The notes under the pieces: model-generated
Database searches by the model: none
Told to the model about the DNA's origin: nothing
What the model saw: only the letters and a program-made list of their open reading frames with translations
Source of the DNA: an uncultured Clostridia bacterium
Lineage (GTDB): Bacteria > Bacillota > Clostridia > Christensenellales > UBA1242
DNA length: 64,000 nt
Assembly: GCA_934747255.1 (NCBI GenBank)
Contig: CAKVGH010000002.1
Span: 73,319 to 137,318 of the forward strand
Reading direction: 5' to 3'
Part shown: positions 62,763-64,000 of the stretch, in pieces
Position numbering within the stretch: position 1 is the stretch's first letter
Layout of the letters: every line of letters starts with the position of its first letter
Position numbers and translations under genes: made by a program

Positions 62763-64000
62763 ATGAAAACAGAAATTAAAACTTATAAAAACGGAGTAAC
62801 ACTTGCTGTTACTCAAATGCAAGGCTATGAAAGTGTCGCATTTAACATTTATGTTAAAACAGGCAGTGTTAACGAAAGTGAAGGCTTTTACGGTATCTCG
62901 CATTACATTGAACACATGCTTTTTAAGGGCACAGCCAAGCGTAGTGCTTATCAAATTGCAAAAGAACTTGACAGCCTAGGTGCAAATGTCAACGCCTATA
63001 CCGACTGCGAAGAAACAACTTATTTTACTAAATCAACAAACGAAAATTTGGAGGCATGTGTTGAAATTTTAAGTGATATGTTTTTTAATTCCACATTTGA
63101 CGCAAAGGAAATGAAACGAGAAAAAAAAGTCGTTTGCGAAGAAATTGCTATGTACAACGATGACGCTTATTCAAAAAGTGAACTACTTGTAAATTCAATT
63201 TTATACAATGGAACAAATTACGCCAAAGATGTAGCAGGGACAAAACAAAGCGTTAGAGCATTAACAAAAGAGAACATTCAAAAGTATATGAAAAAATTTT
63301 ACACTCCACAAAACACAATAGTTTCATTTACTGGTAATGTTACATTAAAACAAGCCGAAAAACTTATGGAAAAATACTTTTTAAGTGTTTATGGCTTAAC
63401 TCTAAAAGATGAAGTCAAACTTAACGACTTTGTAATGCCAAAAATTATGAAAACCAAAATAGAAAACCAAACAATAAAACTCTACAAAGATAACGAGCAA
63501 GCCAACATTTGTATTAGTTATAAAGCACTAACTCAATATGACGACAAAAAGCACGCCCTAAATGTATTATCAAATGCTCTAGGTAGGGGAATGAGTAGCA
63601 AACTTTTCCAACGAATTAGAGAAAAACTAGGTCTAGTATATAATATTTCCAGTGCATGCAGTTACAATGTTGCACAAGGCGATATAACCATTCATTTTGC
63701 AACTTCAACTAAAAATGCACCACTTGCATTGAAGGCTATTAGGGAAGAAATTGACGAACTAATTAAGTCGGGCTTAACCAAAAACGAGTTTTTAGACGCA
63801 AAAAACAATATGCTTTCTACACTTAAATTATCATTTGAAAACACAAGCGGAATAAATGTTTCTGTTTGCAAAAATATCAAAAATTATGGCAGAGCAATTA
63901 CAAAGGAAGAACTGCTTGAAAAAGTAGGTGCTGTAACACTCGAAGATGTCAATGGATTGTTTAAGGAAATCTTTGATACAAATAATTACTGCATATCTTA
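62763..64000 (+). CDS. M16 family zinc peptidase (pitrilysin/insulinase-like), 3' end outside window
   Basis: SD aaggag precedes the ATG at 62763. The frame is open to the window end. Inverted zinc motif GISHYIEHMLFKG (HxxEH). Not in the ORF track because no stop codon is reached. Confidence 0.85.
   Translation, partial: MKTEIKTYKNGVTLAVTQMQGYESVAFNIYVKTGSVNESEGFYGISHYIEHMLFKGTAKRSAYQIAKELDSLGANVNAYTDCEETTYFTKSTNENLEACVEILSDMFFNSTFDAKEMKREKKVVCEEIAMYNDDAYSKSELLVNSILYNGTNYAKDVAGTKQSVRALTKENIQKYMKKFYTPQNTIVSFTGNVTLKQAEKLMEKYFLSVYGLTLKDEVKLNDFVMPKIMKTKIENQTIKLYKDNEQANICISYKALTQYDDKKHALNVLSNALGRGMSSKLFQRIREKLGLVYNISSACSYNVAQGDITIHFATSTKNAPLALKAIREEIDELIKSGLTKNEFLDAKNNMLSTLKLSFENTSGINVSVCKNIKNYGRAITKEELLEKVGAVTLEDVNGLFKEIFDTNNYCIS

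Overview
AT-rich, gene-dense chromosomal segment from a low-GC, spore-forming Firmicute (Clostridia-like). About 70 protein genes, one tRNA-Thr, one Phe T-box leader. No rRNA, CRISPR array, transposase or integrase was seen. Most of the window is housekeeping, in blocks that follow Bacillus subtilis gene order: tgt-yajC ... yrzE-like, secD-secF, recJ, rel, hemZ-like; rpsO-pnp; ylxM-ffh-rpsP-ylqC; T-box-pheS-pheT; a remodelled dcw cluster (rsmH, FtsL-position gene, PBP, murE, mraY, murD, ftsW, then NUDIX/M20/GNAT, murA, ftsQ, ftsA, ftsZ); on the minus strand ylmC-spoIIGA-sigE-sigG and dnaB-like/dnaI-like; feoAB; der; minD-minE, small membrane gene, spoIVFB-like; rplU-prp-rpmA; a NodB deacetylase, a RumA-type methyltransferase and a partial M16 peptidase. 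The unusual material sits at breaks in this synteny. (1) A translationally coupled two-gene module (3-TM membrane protein plus 166-aa soluble protein, 56926-57932) lies between spoIVFB and the rplU operon. (2) A 1002-bp single-gene cassette with its own consensus promoter and terminator is bracketed by an exact 16-bp direct repeat derived from the ylqC terminator (18466-19483), where rimM-trmD-rplS would be expected. (3) A tandem pair of diverged paralogous orphan genes follows rpmA (59580-60454). (4) Three unrelated orphan genes share an identical extended -35 element, TGAGTATTGACA. (5) A promoter, leader peptide, alternative hairpins and a terminator precede an M20 peptidase. By-eye alignment to remembered consensus sequences also suggests a Rel protein with a degenerate HD hydrolase site and a SecDF pair lacking the canonical proton-relay residues. 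All functional calls rest on reading the translations and on remembered family motifs. No database search was possible.
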